DNA of 64,000 nucleotides from an uncultured bacterium (GTDB lineage Bacteria > Edwardsbacteria > AC1 > EtOH8): NCBI GenBank assembly GCA_963780225.1, contig CAWAAX010000009.1, positions 164,033-228,032 of the forward strand, given 5' to 3'. This document shows, piece after piece, positions 10,069-19,709 of this stretch. Made by a program: the position numbers and the translations under genes. Each line of letters starts with the position of its first letter. Position 1 is the stretch's first letter. The notes under the pieces are model-generated. The model did not search any database. It was given only the letters and a program-made list of their open reading frames with translations, and was not told the DNA's origin.

Positions 10069-11226
10069 ATGAAAACAGTTGTAATAATAACTGCCTTGGC
10101 TGGCATCGCGCTGGCTGCATTTCAAACCAGGGCTTCTGATCTTAAGACACCACCGGAGAAGGGTAAAACAATGGATTTCATCTCGGTCATACCGAAAATA
10201 GTAGGCGGGTTCGACATCAATAAGGGGGATATCATACTAGTCCAGCTATGGGGCGAGGACCGGGACCTTCCTCTGCTGGACTGCTTTGCAATCGAGATCG
10301 GTAAACGGGGCGGCATTCCGGTAAAGTGGCAACAGTCTCGGGATTTCCTGGGAAAATATTTTTCCGAAGTGCCGCCGGAAAACCTTGACTTCCCGGACGC
10401 ATATTTTGACGCCTTTAAGTCCGCCGGCACCGTTATAGATGTCCTGACCCATTCTCCGGCCCCTGGCTCTGGCCTGTCCAAGGATCGATATCCCAAATAC
10501 GGGGCTTACATCAGAAAGCTTTTCATGTCGGCGGCTTCTAAAAAATACTTCATCCAGGTATTCGTACCAACCGAGGAGAACGCCGAAGAGGCCGGGATAG
10601 ATTTCAATATTTTCCGGACGACCCTGATGTCGGCGTTGGATATAGATGTCAAAAAGATCAAAGACCAATGTAGTTTTCTGGCAGATAAATTCAAAAACAT
10701 GGATCAAGTGAATATCCATACTGGCGGCGGCAAGGTATTCAGTTGCAGGCTCAAAGACCGTCAATGGCACAAGGATGATGGGACGGGGGCGGTGCCCTGC
10801 GGCGAGGTCTACATCTCACCGCTGGAGGAGAGCGGTCAGGGGCAACTGCTGGTGCCAGAGGTGTATCTGAACGGGCAAAAATACCGGGATGTACTGTTGA
10901 CCTTCAAGGACGGAAAACTCGTGGCAACCAGCGATCCGGAGATCTTGAAAATAATCACCGCTTTCCCCGGGGATTGCGACCGGCTGGCCGAGTTCGGGAT
11001 CGGCTTCAATCCCGGGGTCACCAAGCTGATTGGCTATGTTCCCACCGATGAAAAGATGGCGGGGACCGTTCATGTGGCGGTGGGCATGAACAACCTGGTC
11101 GGGGGAAAGAATGATTCCCCGCTTCACCTTGATTTCGTGGTCCGCCCCAGCCGGGTTGAGCTGGACGGCACAGCCATTATAACTAATGGTGATTTTTCCA
11201 AAGACATCAGGGACCGGCTCAAATAG
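10069..11226 (+). CDS. Aminopeptidase, M29 (thermophilic metalloprotease) family
   Basis: PCGEVYISP, LAEFGIG, DEKMAGTVHVAVG, SPLHLD; alternative start at 10171 (MDFISVI). Confidence 0.85.
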   Translation: MKTVVIITALAGIALAAFQTRASDLKTPPEKGKTMDFISVIPKIVGGFDINKGDIILVQLWGEDRDLPLLDCFAIEIGKRGGIPVKWQQSRDFLGKYFSEVPPENLDFPDAYFDAFKSAGTVIDVLTHSPAPGSGLSKDRYPKYGAYIRKLFMSAASKKYFIQVFVPTEENAEEAGIDFNIFRTTLMSALDIDVKKIKDQCSFLADKFKNMDQVNIHTGGGKVFSCRLKDRQWHKDDGTGAVPCGEVYISPLEESGQGQLLVPEVYLNGQKYRDVLLTFKDGKLVATSDPEILKIITAFPGDCDRLAEFGIGFNPGVTKLIGYVPTDEKMAGTVHVAVGMNNLVGGKNDSPLHLDFVVRPSRVELDGTAIITNGDFSKDIRDRLK

Positions 11227-11288
11227 CCCGGGACCTTTAATTTCAAAAACAACATCAAAACATAAAACAAACAACCATAGGAGAACAA

Positions 11289-12194
11289 GTGACACAAGTT
11301 ACCTCATTGAAGCAGATGGCGGAACTGGTCAAGGGCGGTCCCTTAAAAAGAGTGGCCGTGGCCTGCGGTCAGGATCCTGATATCCTGGGTGCTTTGGCCC
11401 GGGCAGTCAACGAAAAGTCGGCCAAGGCCATTTTGATCGGCGATCAAAAGAAAACCGAAGCATTGGCCAAAGAGCATAATATCGATCCCAAGATATTCAC
11501 TCTGATCGACCAGCCCGATTATAAAAAGGCGGCCACCCAGGCGGTGGAAATGGTCAAAAAGGGCGAGGCCGACGTACTAATGAAGGGCCTGATAGATACT
11601 GCGGTTTACGCCCGGGCCTATTTGAACAAGGAAACCGGATTGACCACCGGAGCCACCGTCTCCCACGTGGCGGTGTTCGAAGTACCTAATTATCCCCGGC
11701 TGCTGATCCTCACCGATGCCGCCCAGATACCCTACCCGGACTTCGGGCAGAAAGTGGACATGATCAACCATGCTGTTTCGGTGGCCCATAAACTGGGGAT
11801 AGAGACCCCTAAGGTGGCGGTGCTGACCGCTACTGAAAAAGTCAACCCCAAATGGCCCTGTAGTCTGGAAGCGGCCCAGCTGGCCAAGATGGCCGACCGG
11901 GGGCAGATCAAGGGATGTATTGTGGACGGGCCTCTTTCGATGGATGCCGCAGTTTCACCTGAATGCGCCGCAGGGAAAGGCCTCAAATCACCGGTGGCCG
12001 GCTACGCCGACATTCTGGTCTGTCCGGATATTCACGCCGCCAACATCCTTTATAAAACTTTAGCCCAGCTGGCCAAGGCGGAGCTGGCGGCCATGGTCAT
12101 CGGCACCAGTGCCCCGGTGGTGCTGACTTCGCGCACCGATTCCGACGAGACCAAGTTCATGTCCATAGTGCTTTCGGCGCTGATGGCAAAATAA
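11289..12194 (+). CDS. ptb: Phosphate butyryltransferase, second paralogue
   Basis: LMKGLID, VSHVAVFE, VDGPLSMDAAVS, ANILYK, LTSRTDS; GTG start after AGGAG. Confidence 0.93.
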   Translation: MTQVTSLKQMAELVKGGPLKRVAVACGQDPDILGALARAVNEKSAKAILIGDQKKTEALAKEHNIDPKIFTLIDQPDYKKAATQAVEMVKKGEADVLMKGLIDTAVYARAYLNKETGLTTGATVSHVAVFEVPNYPRLLILTDAAQIPYPDFGQKVDMINHAVSVAHKLGIETPKVAVLTATEKVNPKWPCSLEAAQLAKMADRGQIKGCIVDGPLSMDAAVSPECAAGKGLKSPVAGYADILVCPDIHAANILYKTLAQLAKAELAAMVIGTSAPVVLTSRTDSDETKFMSIVLSALMAK

Positions 12195-12217
12195 TCCGCA
12201 GAGCGGATTATTTTGCC
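12185..12217 (+). terminator. Perfect hairpin overlapping ptb stop codon
   Basis: GGCAAAATAATCCGC-AGA-GCGGATTATTTTGCC (15-bp stem); no U-tract after the stem. Confidence 0.45.
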
Positions 12218-12463
12218 GCTGGAGAAGCGAAGCACGGGGTCCGGCCGATGTTTGAGATGCCGGCGTACAAGCCGGGCAACGTTTGAGGTGCAATAATAAA
12301 AGCCTGGCGATGTTGGAATCGTTCAATCGTTGATTGGCAGCTTTGCTCAGCATTTCAAACGTCGCCTGACCCGCTTGCCTTGCATCTCAAACATCGTCAG
12401 ACAATTAAAGGCTGGCACCTCAAACGTAGCTGGACATACTTTGATTGGCATCTCGGTCGTCGC
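12213..12463. repeat. Symmetric array of a 16-bp motif (4 forward + 4 inverted copies, 31-33 bp period)
   Basis: Forward copies at 12213 (degenerate), 12245, 12276, 12307; inverted copies at 12350, 12382, 12415, 12448; consensus GCRACGTTTGAGATGC. Confidence 0.85.
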
Positions 12464-12477
12464 CTCGCAGGTTCCTC

Positions 12478-12506
12478 TTGACTTTAACTGGGTTATATCT
12501 TATCCT
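12478..12506 (+). promoter_or_regulatory. Putative sigma70 promoter of rpiB operon
   Basis: TTGACT-17 bp-TATCCT. Confidence 0.5.
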
Positions 12507-12530
12507 TAATAAAACACAGTAAGAAAAATC

Positions 12531-12971
12531 ATGAAAATAGCCATCGGTACCGATCACCGCGGATTTGCCTTAAAAGATCAGATCAAAGCCGCCTTTTCCC
12601 CGGATAATCTTGAATTCATTGATTTCGGGGCCCAGAACCGGGAACCCTGCGACTATCCCGATTTTGCCATTCCGGTGGCCCAGGCGGTGGCCAAAGGCCA
12701 GGCAGACAAGGGCATTCTGGTTTGCAGTACCGGCAACGGCATGGCCATCGCGGCCAACAAGGTCAGGGGGGTGCGGGCGGCCATCGCCATGACCCCGGAC
12801 ATGGCCCGCTACTCGCGGCTGCACAACGACGCCAACATCCTGGTGCTTCCGGCCGACTACATAGACCTGCAGCTGGTTCCCAAGATAGTAAAGGTCTGGC
12901 TGGAGACCGGGTTCGAAGGAGGCCGCCACCAGCGCCGGGTGGACAAGATAACCAAATACGAAAACGAATAA
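12531..12971 (+). CDS. rpiB: Ribose-5-phosphate isomerase B
   Basis: IGTDHRG, DYPD, CSTGNGMAIAANK, HNDAN, FEGGRHQRR. Confidence 0.97.
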   Translation: MKIAIGTDHRGFALKDQIKAAFSPDNLEFIDFGAQNREPCDYPDFAIPVAQAVAKGQADKGILVCSTGNGMAIAANKVRGVRAAIAMTPDMARYSRLHNDANILVLPADYIDLQLVPKIVKVWLETGFEGGRHQRRVDKITKYENE

Positions 12972-13005
12972 AAATAAAATAAAACGAAGAGCCTTCATTC
13001 ATTAG

Positions 13006-13674
13006 ATGAAAAACTATTTGGCCCTATGCCTGGCTATTCTGGCATTCAGCACCCCGGCCCTGGCAGCCGGTGACAAGCCCGGACTGAAGGCGGGCGACCC
13101 GGCACCCCCCATAGTATTGAAGAACCTGGACGGCGGTTCCACCTTTTACCTCCGCGATTACTGCGGGCAGGCCCGGACGCCCCGCACCCGCCAGGAGCGG
13201 GATGTGGTGGTCTTAAGTTTTTTTACCACCTGGTGCGAGAACTGCAAAAAGGAGATCCCCTGCCTGCAGGAGATGGCCTCGCGCTTTGCCGGGGACAGCG
13301 TCCGCTTTTACCTGGTGAACGTGGGCGAAACCCGGGACACGGTGGAGGCCTACATCTTCCAGCGGGTGATCTCACTTCCCATCCTGCACGACGAGTTCTC
13401 GGTTACCTCCCAGAAGTACAAGGCCAACAGCCTGCCCACTTTGGTGGTGATAGACAAAATCGGCAACATCGCCGAATATCATGTGGGCTTTCAGGCCGGT
13501 TACGAGAAGGAACTTGAATCCAGGCTTAACCTTTTGCTGGGCAAGACCCGGCCCGAAAGTTTGGCGGCGGTGCTTCGACAGGGCTTAGCGCCCGCGCCGG
13601 ACAGCATAAAAGCTGACAGCGTCAAGGCCAAGCCCAAGAGCAATGGAAAGAAAATAAAACCCAAAAACATCTAA
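13006..13674 (+). CDS. TlpA/ResA-family thiol-disulfide oxidoreductase (exported)
   Basis: Signal peptide; FFTTWCENCKKEIP (CxxC); LPTLVVIDK. Confidence 0.88.
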   Translation: MKNYLALCLAILAFSTPALAAGDKPGLKAGDPAPPIVLKNLDGGSTFYLRDYCGQARTPRTRQERDVVVLSFFTTWCENCKKEIPCLQEMASRFAGDSVRFYLVNVGETRDTVEAYIFQRVISLPILHDEFSVTSQKYKANSLPTLVVIDKIGNIAEYHVGFQAGYEKELESRLNLLLGKTRPESLAAVLRQGLAPAPDSIKADSVKAKPKSNGKKIKPKNI

Positions 13675-13700
13675 ACAACACAGGGTAAGGCAAAAACAAA

Positions 13701-15008
13701 ATGTCCATTTTACAAAACAAAGACTCCGAGATCTACCAATCCATCCAGGACGAAACCAAGCGCCAGGAGTATGGCCTGGAGCTGATCGCTTCCGAGAACT
13801 TCGTCTCCGAGGCGGTGCTGGAAGCCCAGGGCTCCGTGATGACCAACAAATATGCCGAGGGCTATCCCGGCAAGCGCTACTACGGCGGCTGCGAGTTTGT
13901 GGACGTGGCCGAGAACATCGCCCGGGACCGGGCCAAACAGCTGTTCGGCTGCGAATACGCCAACGTCCAGCCCCATTCAGGCTCCACCGCCAACCAGGCG
14001 GTCTATTTCACCTACTGCCAGCCGGGCGACACGGTGCTGGGAATGGACCTGGCCCACGGCGGACACCTGACCCACGGCTCGCCGGTGTCATTCTCCGGCA
14101 AGATGTACAAGATAGTTTCCTACGGTGTCAAACGCGAGACCGGGTACATCGACATGGACGACGTGGCCAAAAAGGCCCGGGAACACAAGCCCAAGATGAT
14201 CATCGTGGGGGCCTCGGCCTACAGCCGGCACTACGAGTTCGCCAAGTTCCGGGAGATCGCCGACGAGGTGGGGGCTTTCCTGTTCGCCGACGTGGCCCAT
14301 CCGGCCGGGCTGATCGCCGCCGGGCTGCACCCCTCGCCCATCCCCTACTGCCACGTGGTGACCACCACCACCCACAAGACTCTGCGCGGTCCCCGGGGCG
14401 GGATGGTGCTGATCGGCAAGGATTCCGAGAACCCCTTCGGCCACAAGATCAAGATCAAGGCCGGCGAGCGCCTGAAAATGATGTCCGAGGTGATGGACAG
14501 CACGGTGATGCCCGGCATCCAGGGCGGCCCGCTGATGCACGTAATCGCCGCCAAGGCGGTGGCCTTCAAGGAGGCCTTGGACCCGTCGTTCAAGATATAC
14601 GCCCAGCAGGTGATAGACAACTCCCGGGCCCTGGCCCAGAGCATGGTGGAGCGGGGCTATCAGATCGTCTCCGGCGGCACCGACAACCATCTGATGCTAA
14701 TAGATCTAAGCAACAAGAACATCACCGGCAAGGAGGCCGAGAATGCCCTGCATGCCGCCGGGATCACAGTCAACAAGAACATGGTGCCGTTCGATACCCG
14801 CAGCCCCTTCGTTACCTCCGGTTTCCGGATGGGCACCGCCGCTTTGACCACCCGGGGCATGAAGCAGCCTGCGATGAAAACCGTGGCCGGGATGATAGAC
14901 AAGGTGCTGGCCAACATCAGCGATGACAAAATAATACAAGAAGTAACCGGCGAGATCAAAGAATTATGCCGGGAGTTTCCCCTATACCCCAACCGTTTGA
15001 AAGGGTAG
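13701..15008 (+). CDS. glyA: Serine hydroxymethyltransferase
   Basis: [45 protein letters not shown]. Confidence 0.99.
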   Translation: MSILQNKDSEIYQSIQDETKRQEYGLELIASENFVSEAVLEAQGSVMTNKYAEGYPGKRYYGGCEFVDVAENIARDRAKQLFGCEYANVQPHSGSTANQAVYFTYCQPGDTVLGMDLAHGGHLTHGSPVSFSGKMYKIVSYGVKRETGYIDMDDVAKKAREHKPKMIIVGASAYSRHYEFAKFREIADEVGAFLFADVAHPAGLIAAGLHPSPIPYCHVVTTTTHKTLRGPRGGMVLIGKDSENPFGHKIKIKAGERLKMMSEVMDSTVMPGIQGGPLMHVIAAKAVAFKEALDPSFKIYAQQVIDNSRALAQSMVERGYQIVSGGTDNHLMLIDLSNKNITGKEAENALHAAGITVNKNMVPFDTRSPFVTSGFRMGTAALTTRGMKQPAMKTVAGMIDKVLANISDDKIIQEVTGEIKELCREFPLYPNRLKG

Positions 15009-15014
15009 ACCGAT

Positions 15015-15428
15015 ATGGCTGAAAAAATAAACCTGGGCCGGGTCCAGTTCGGCGAGGTCGTCACCAATGCCCTGAAGGAGCGTTGGTCCGGAGTGCTGAC
15101 CATCGAAAATTCGGAATACACCGAATATGTGGAATTCAAGAACGGGTCGATCGGGGGATTCTCCTCGGCCGAGCGGAAAAAGCTGCTGGGCGAGATTCTG
15201 ACCGCCGGCGGCCACATCAGCACCGAGGACCTGGATAAGGCCATCGCCACTCAAAAAGCCAAAGGCGGCCGGATCGGCGACATCTTGGTGGATATGAACC
15301 TGATTACCAGGCAGCGGATAGAAGAAGTGCTGGCCATTCATCAGATGAGTGTCCTGGCCCAAAGCCTTTCGGCCAAGGATGCCGAACTTTCGTTTGAGCC
15401 GGGGCTGACCCTGGCTGACAAAGGATAG
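15015..15428 (+). CDS. DUF4388-like / MshEN-like hypothetical protein
   Basis: SGVLTIE...FKNGSI; LLGEILTAGGHIS...RIGDILVDMNLIT repeats typical of GspE/PilB N-terminal modules. Confidence 0.6.
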   Translation: MAEKINLGRVQFGEVVTNALKERWSGVLTIENSEYTEYVEFKNGSIGGFSSAERKKLLGEILTAGGHISTEDLDKAIATQKAKGGRIGDILVDMNLITRQRIEEVLAIHQMSVLAQSLSAKDAELSFEPGLTLADKG

Positions 15429-15914
15429 ATGAAGATCTCTAAGAAGAACCCGGCGGTTGGGACAAAGCTCCTGCGTCCCAGCTGGGACCAGTATTTCATG
15501 GATATCGCGGCGCTGGTGTCCAGCCGGACCACCTGTCTCCGCCGCCAGGTGGGGGCGGTGATCGTCAAGGATAAACGGGTTTTGGCTACCGGTTACAACG
15601 GGGCGCCGGTGGGGCTTAAACACTGCGCCGAGATCGGTTGTTTGCGGGAGAAGCTGGGGGTCAAGTCGGGGGAGAAGCATGAGCTGTGCCGGGCCATCCA
15701 TGCCGAGCAGAACGCCATCATCCAAGCGGCCACCTTTGGCGTGCCACTACAGGGGGCCTCGATCTACATCACCCATTTTCCCTGCGTGCTTTGCTCCAAG
15801 ATGATCATCAATGCCGGGATCGAACGGATAATATATTCCCAGGGATACCCCGATCAAATGTCGCAGGATATATTGAAGGAAGCCAAACTGAAGACAGAGC
15901 TTTTAAATTCCTGA
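15429..15914 (+). CDS. Deoxycytidylate deaminase (ComEB-like)
   Basis: [37 protein letters not shown]. Confidence 0.93.
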   Translation: MKISKKNPAVGTKLLRPSWDQYFMDIAALVSSRTTCLRRQVGAVIVKDKRVLATGYNGAPVGLKHCAEIGCLREKLGVKSGEKHELCRAIHAEQNAIIQAATFGVPLQGASIYITHFPCVLCSKMIINAGIERIIYSQGYPDQMSQDILKEAKLKTELLNS

Positions 15915-15936
15915 CCAGAATAAAACGAAAACGGAA

Positions 15937-16006
15937 TAGACAGGATTAACATGATTTCACGTGGTTAATTTCCAAATAAAGTAAAAAATCCTGTAAATCC
16001 TGTCTA
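15937..16006. repeat. Intergenic inverted-repeat element (GACAGGATTAACATGATT family)
   Basis: Arms 15937-15956 and 15987-16006 are 18/20 complementary; left arm is the exact reverse complement of 39676-39695; 19-nt match to 3905-3923. Confidence 0.8.
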
Positions 16007-16022
16007 AAATATTTGTTGATAG

Positions 16023-16547
16023 ATGAAACAGACCGCAGAAAATAAAAGGACCAAGAGCTATATCGGGCTGGGTTCCAACCTGGGAAACCGGTTGGGAAAC
16101 ATCCGCTTTGCCCTGGCTGCCATGGGACAGATGCCGGGCTCCAAGGTGCTGAGGATGTCCGGTGTCTATGAGACTGAGCCTTATGGGAATCCCGACCAGC
16201 CCAAGTTCCTGAACGCGGCGGTGGAACTGGAGACCTCTCTTGAACCGGTGGTGCTGTTGAGATCCCTGCAGCGGATCGAGCACCATATGGGACGGGTGCG
16301 CCAGGTGAAATGGGAACCGCGGGTGATAGACCTTGATATTCTTTATTTCGGCAGCCAGGTGATAGATTCCCCGGAACTTAAGGTGCCGCATCCGGAGCTT
16401 TCCCTGCGCGGGTTTGTGCTGGTGCCGCTCTGCGACCTGATTCCCGAATTTGAAGATCCCGCCAGCCGGCAAAAGGTGAAGGCCTTACTTAAAAAAATTC
16501 CCCGGACCCTTAAGGACATCATAAAATTAGAGACGGCAAATTTTTAA
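16023..16547 (+). CDS. folK: 2-amino-4-hydroxy-6-hydroxymethyldihydropteridine pyrophosphokinase
   Basis: YIGLGSNLG, YETEP, FLNAAV, WEPRVIDLDIL, PHP, FVLVPL. Confidence 0.96.
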   Translation: MKQTAENKRTKSYIGLGSNLGNRLGNIRFALAAMGQMPGSKVLRMSGVYETEPYGNPDQPKFLNAAVELETSLEPVVLLRSLQRIEHHMGRVRQVKWEPRVIDLDILYFGSQVIDSPELKVPHPELSLRGFVLVPLCDLIPEFEDPASRQKVKALLKKIPRTLKDIIKLETANF

Positions 16548-16578
16548 TCTATTATATTATTAAGCCACTATTTATATC

Positions 16579-17286
16579 ATGATGGATTCAAGAATCCCCA
16601 GGTACGTAGCCATTGAAGGCGTGATCGGCGTGGGCAAGACCACGCTGGCCAAGATGCTGGCCGAGCGGTTTCACGCCAAACTGGTGAGCGAGGAAGTGGA
16701 GGCCAATCCCTTCCTTTCCAAGTTCTATTCCGACCGCCGGGCCTACGCCTTTCAGACTCAAATATTCTTCCTGCTATCCCGCTACAAGCAGCAACAGGGG
16801 ATGCTGCAGCAGGACCTGTTCGGCCAGCAGATAGTATCGGATTACCTGTTCGCCAAGGACAAGATCTTTGCCTATTTGAATCTGGACCAGAACGAGATAT
16901 CCCTGTATGAAAACCTATGGAAACTATTGGAGCCGGGAATAGTCAAGCCCGATCTGGTGGTCTACCTACAGGCCGAGATAGATCTATTGGCTAGGCGGAT
17001 CAAAGAACGGGGCCGGCCTTTTGAACACAACCTTTCCCGGGACTATCTGGCAGAGCTGTCCGAGGCCTATAACCATTTCTTTTTCAATTACACCGAGACC
17101 CCGCTGCTGGTGGTCAACGTAAACCAGATAGACTTGGTCAATCACCCCGAGGATTTCGAGGACCTGGTGCAGAAGATCTGCCAGCCCCACCCCGGCACCC
17201 GCTATTACGTTCCGGCTGGCACTAAAAAAGATAAAAAGAAACCCAAGCCGGTTGAAGATAAGGAGCAGAGCCTGCTGCCGGAGTGA
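16579..17286 (+). CDS. Deoxynucleoside kinase
   Basis: IEGVIGVGKTT P-loop, NPFLSKFY, FQTQIFFLLSR, RIKERGRPFE. Confidence 0.93.
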   Translation: MMDSRIPRYVAIEGVIGVGKTTLAKMLAERFHAKLVSEEVEANPFLSKFYSDRRAYAFQTQIFFLLSRYKQQQGMLQQDLFGQQIVSDYLFAKDKIFAYLNLDQNEISLYENLWKLLEPGIVKPDLVVYLQAEIDLLARRIKERGRPFEHNLSRDYLAELSEAYNHFFFNYTETPLLVVNVNQIDLVNHPEDFEDLVQKICQPHPGTRYYVPAGTKKDKKKPKPVEDKEQSLLPE

Positions 17287-17561
17287 GCAAGAGAACCGTT
17301 CAGTATTTTGATCGAATGGAATACCGGGCAGGATTGAACTTTGAAAACTCTAAAACTTGTCCTGGGTTCGGCAAGAGTGCCCGACAAACGAAAGGATTCT
17401 AATAACGAAAAACTAAACAAATACGAATTAATTGATCGCAAGTATCTAAATTGTCCCGGGATTGGTGAATTTTGGCAATAGACATTTGTCTATGACTTAG
17501 AGTTTGGTGCTTAGATTTTAAAAGAAACAAAATATATCCATCACAAAAAAGAGGTGACGCT

Positions 17562-18446
17562 ATGATTGACTGGAAGGGATCCTTTGTGGCTTTGGTAACG
17601 CCGTTCCGCAACGGGGCTTTGGATGAGCAGGCTTTGGAACGGCTTTTGGATTATCAGGCCGCAGCCGGCACTCAGGGAGTGGTTCCCTGCGCCACCACGG
17701 GTGAGGGTCCGACCGTCCTGCCCGACGAGTATCTGAGGATCATGAGTATGACCCTAAAAAAAGGCAAAGGTAAATTCAAAGTATTGGCCTATACCGGCAG
17801 CAATGATACCTTAAGGACCATCACCAGCACCCAGGAGGCCGAGAAACTTGGGGTGGACGGGGCTTTGGTGGTCACTCCCTACTACAATAAACCAACCCAG
17901 GAAGGCCTCTACCAGCATTTCAAATCGGTCGCTTCGGCGACCAAACTTCCCCTGATGCTCTATAATGTGCCTTCCCGCACCGGGGTCAACCTAGAACCCA
18001 CCACCATCGCCCGGCTGGCCGAGATCAAGAACATCGTGGCGGTCAAGGAAGCATCTGGCGACCTGGACAACGCCAGCCAGATCATGGCCCTGTGCGGCGA
18101 CCGGATCGCGGTCTTCTCCGGCGACGACCTGCTGACCCTGCCCATGCTGGCGGTGGGGGCCAAGGGCGTGGTATCGGTGCTGGCCAACGTTGCTCCCAAG
18201 GACGTTTCCAAAATGGTCAGTTATTTTTTGAACGGCAAGATCGAGGAAGCCCGCCAGATCCACCTGAAACAGTTTCCCCTAACCAAATCCCTCTTTGCCG
18301 AGACCAGCCCCGGCCCCATCAAGGCCGCCCTGAACCTGCTGGGCCTGTGCCACGCCGAGATGCGGATGCCTCTGGTGGATGTGTCCGATGAAACCCGGAA
18401 ATGGGTGAAGACGGAATTGAAGAAATACGGGTTGTTGAAACAATAG
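17562..18446 (+). CDS. dapA: 4-hydroxy-tetrahydrodipicolinate synthase
   Basis: ALVTPF, ATTGE, VTPYYNKP, LYNVPSRT, VAVKEASGD, SGDD. Confidence 0.96.
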   Translation: MIDWKGSFVALVTPFRNGALDEQALERLLDYQAAAGTQGVVPCATTGEGPTVLPDEYLRIMSMTLKKGKGKFKVLAYTGSNDTLRTITSTQEAEKLGVDGALVVTPYYNKPTQEGLYQHFKSVASATKLPLMLYNVPSRTGVNLEPTTIARLAEIKNIVAVKEASGDLDNASQIMALCGDRIAVFSGDDLLTLPMLAVGAKGVVSVLANVAPKDVSKMVSYFLNGKIEEARQIHLKQFPLTKSLFAETSPGPIKAALNLLGLCHAEMRMPLVDVSDETRKWVKTELKKYGLLKQ

Positions 18447-18623
18447 TTAGGCACCGATAAACCGTAACAATAAGGAAACCATGAAGGACAGGAAACGTAT
18501 TTCTTGCATTCCCCGCCTTCGTACTACTACGGCGGACAGGCTGGTTTCCTTATAAAAGGAGTCCCGTTATTTGTAAATGATCCGCCTTGTCAGCAACCAA
18601 GCTCCTAACTTTTTTGATCTGCC

Positions 18624-19160
18624 ATGTCCCGATTGCTGTTGCATATCTGCTGTGCCCCCTGCCTGTGCCATCCTTACCGGGTGCTGTCGTCCGAAAATGT
18701 CGATTTCACGGGCTTCTGGTACAATCCCAACATCCATCCCTACCAGGAATACCAGGCCCGGCTTCAATCGGTCAAGGATTTTGCCCGGGAACATAAGATG
18801 CCGGCGGTATTCCGGGACGACTATCCCCTGGAGCAGACGCTGGAACTTTTGTCCCGGGAGCGCTGCCAGGGCTGCTACCGGCTCCGGCTGGAGGAGACCG
18901 CCCGCCAGGCCAAGGCCCAGGGATTTCAGGCTTTTTCCAGCACCCTGCTTTACAGCATCTACCAGAAGCACGATCTGATCCGGGAACTGGGAACGGAGAT
19001 CGGAAAAAGGCAGGGGGTGGAATTCTACTACCGCGATCTCCGGACCGGCTGGGAGGAAGGGCGCAGAATATCAATGGAGGAAAACCTGTACCGCCAGAAA
19101 TACTGCGGCTGCATCTTCAGCGAAAGGGACCGGTACTTAAAAACCAAAAATCAAAAGTAA
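18624..19160 (+). CDS. queH: Epoxyqueuosine reductase QueH
   Basis: LLLHICCAPC, YNPNIHP, RCQGCYRLRL, YRQKYCGC. Confidence 0.92.
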   Translation: MSRLLLHICCAPCLCHPYRVLSSENVDFTGFWYNPNIHPYQEYQARLQSVKDFAREHKMPAVFRDDYPLEQTLELLSRERCQGCYRLRLEETARQAKAQGFQAFSSTLLYSIYQKHDLIRELGTEIGKRQGVEFYYRDLRTGWEEGRRISMEENLYRQKYCGCIFSERDRYLKTKNQK

Positions 19161-19173
19161 AAGATCAAAAACA

Positions 19174-19599
19174 ATGAGTGGGAACAAGGAACAGCTGACC
19201 AGGGTAGGGGTATCCATAGAGCTTTCCCTGATGGAGAAGTTCGACCGGATGATCGAAAAGAAGGGATATACCAACCGTTCCGAAGCTTTTCGGGACATCG
19301 TCCGGAACGTCCTGGCCGAGGGGGAATCCGAAAAGGGGAAGGAGATGGTGGGGGCCATTCTGATAGTCTACGACCATCATCATCCGCGCTTGGTGGAAAA
19401 GCTGCTGGTTCTGCAGCACGACTCCGACGCCAAGATCATCGCCTCGCAGCACGTCCACCTGGACCATCACCATTGCATGGAGACCATCATCGTCAAAGGC
19501 CCCACCGAGAAGCTGGAGGCCCTGCAGGGAAAGATCGGGGCCTTAAAAGGGGTGGGGCAATGCCTGCTTTCCAAGACCAGCTGCCGGGTATTACATTGA
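19174..19599 (+). CDS. nikR: Nickel-responsive ribbon-helix-helix regulator
   Basis: RVGVSI, YTNRSEAFRD, YDHHH, HVHLDHHHCME. Confidence 0.95.
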   Translation: MSGNKEQLTRVGVSIELSLMEKFDRMIEKKGYTNRSEAFRDIVRNVLAEGESEKGKEMVGAILIVYDHHHPRLVEKLLVLQHDSDAKIIASQHVHLDHHHCMETIIVKGPTEKLEALQGKIGALKGVGQCLLSKTSCRVLH

Positions 19600-19614
19600 C
19601 TCCTAAAATACTTC

Positions 19615-19663
19615 TTGACATATTTTGATAATCGTGCTACAATTTTTATATTCGTAGCACGAT
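19615..19663 (+). promoter_or_regulatory. sigma70 promoter overlapped by NikR operator
   Basis: TTGACA(19615)-17-TACAAT(19638); palindrome ATCGTGCTAC-N13-GTAGCACGAT (19631-19663), matching the GTGYTAC-N13-GTARCAC NikR site type known from Deltaproteobacteria. Confidence 0.88.
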
Positions 19664-19709
19664 TTTTTTTGCCTCTAAAAGCATGGCATATAAATAAAAG
19701 GAAATCTCA

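Noticed and set aside
12213..12463. CRISPR array interpretation of the 16-bp motif array
   Set aside because: Repeats (16 bp) and spacers (15-17 bp) are too short, orientation flips midway, copies are degenerate, and no cas genes are in the window.
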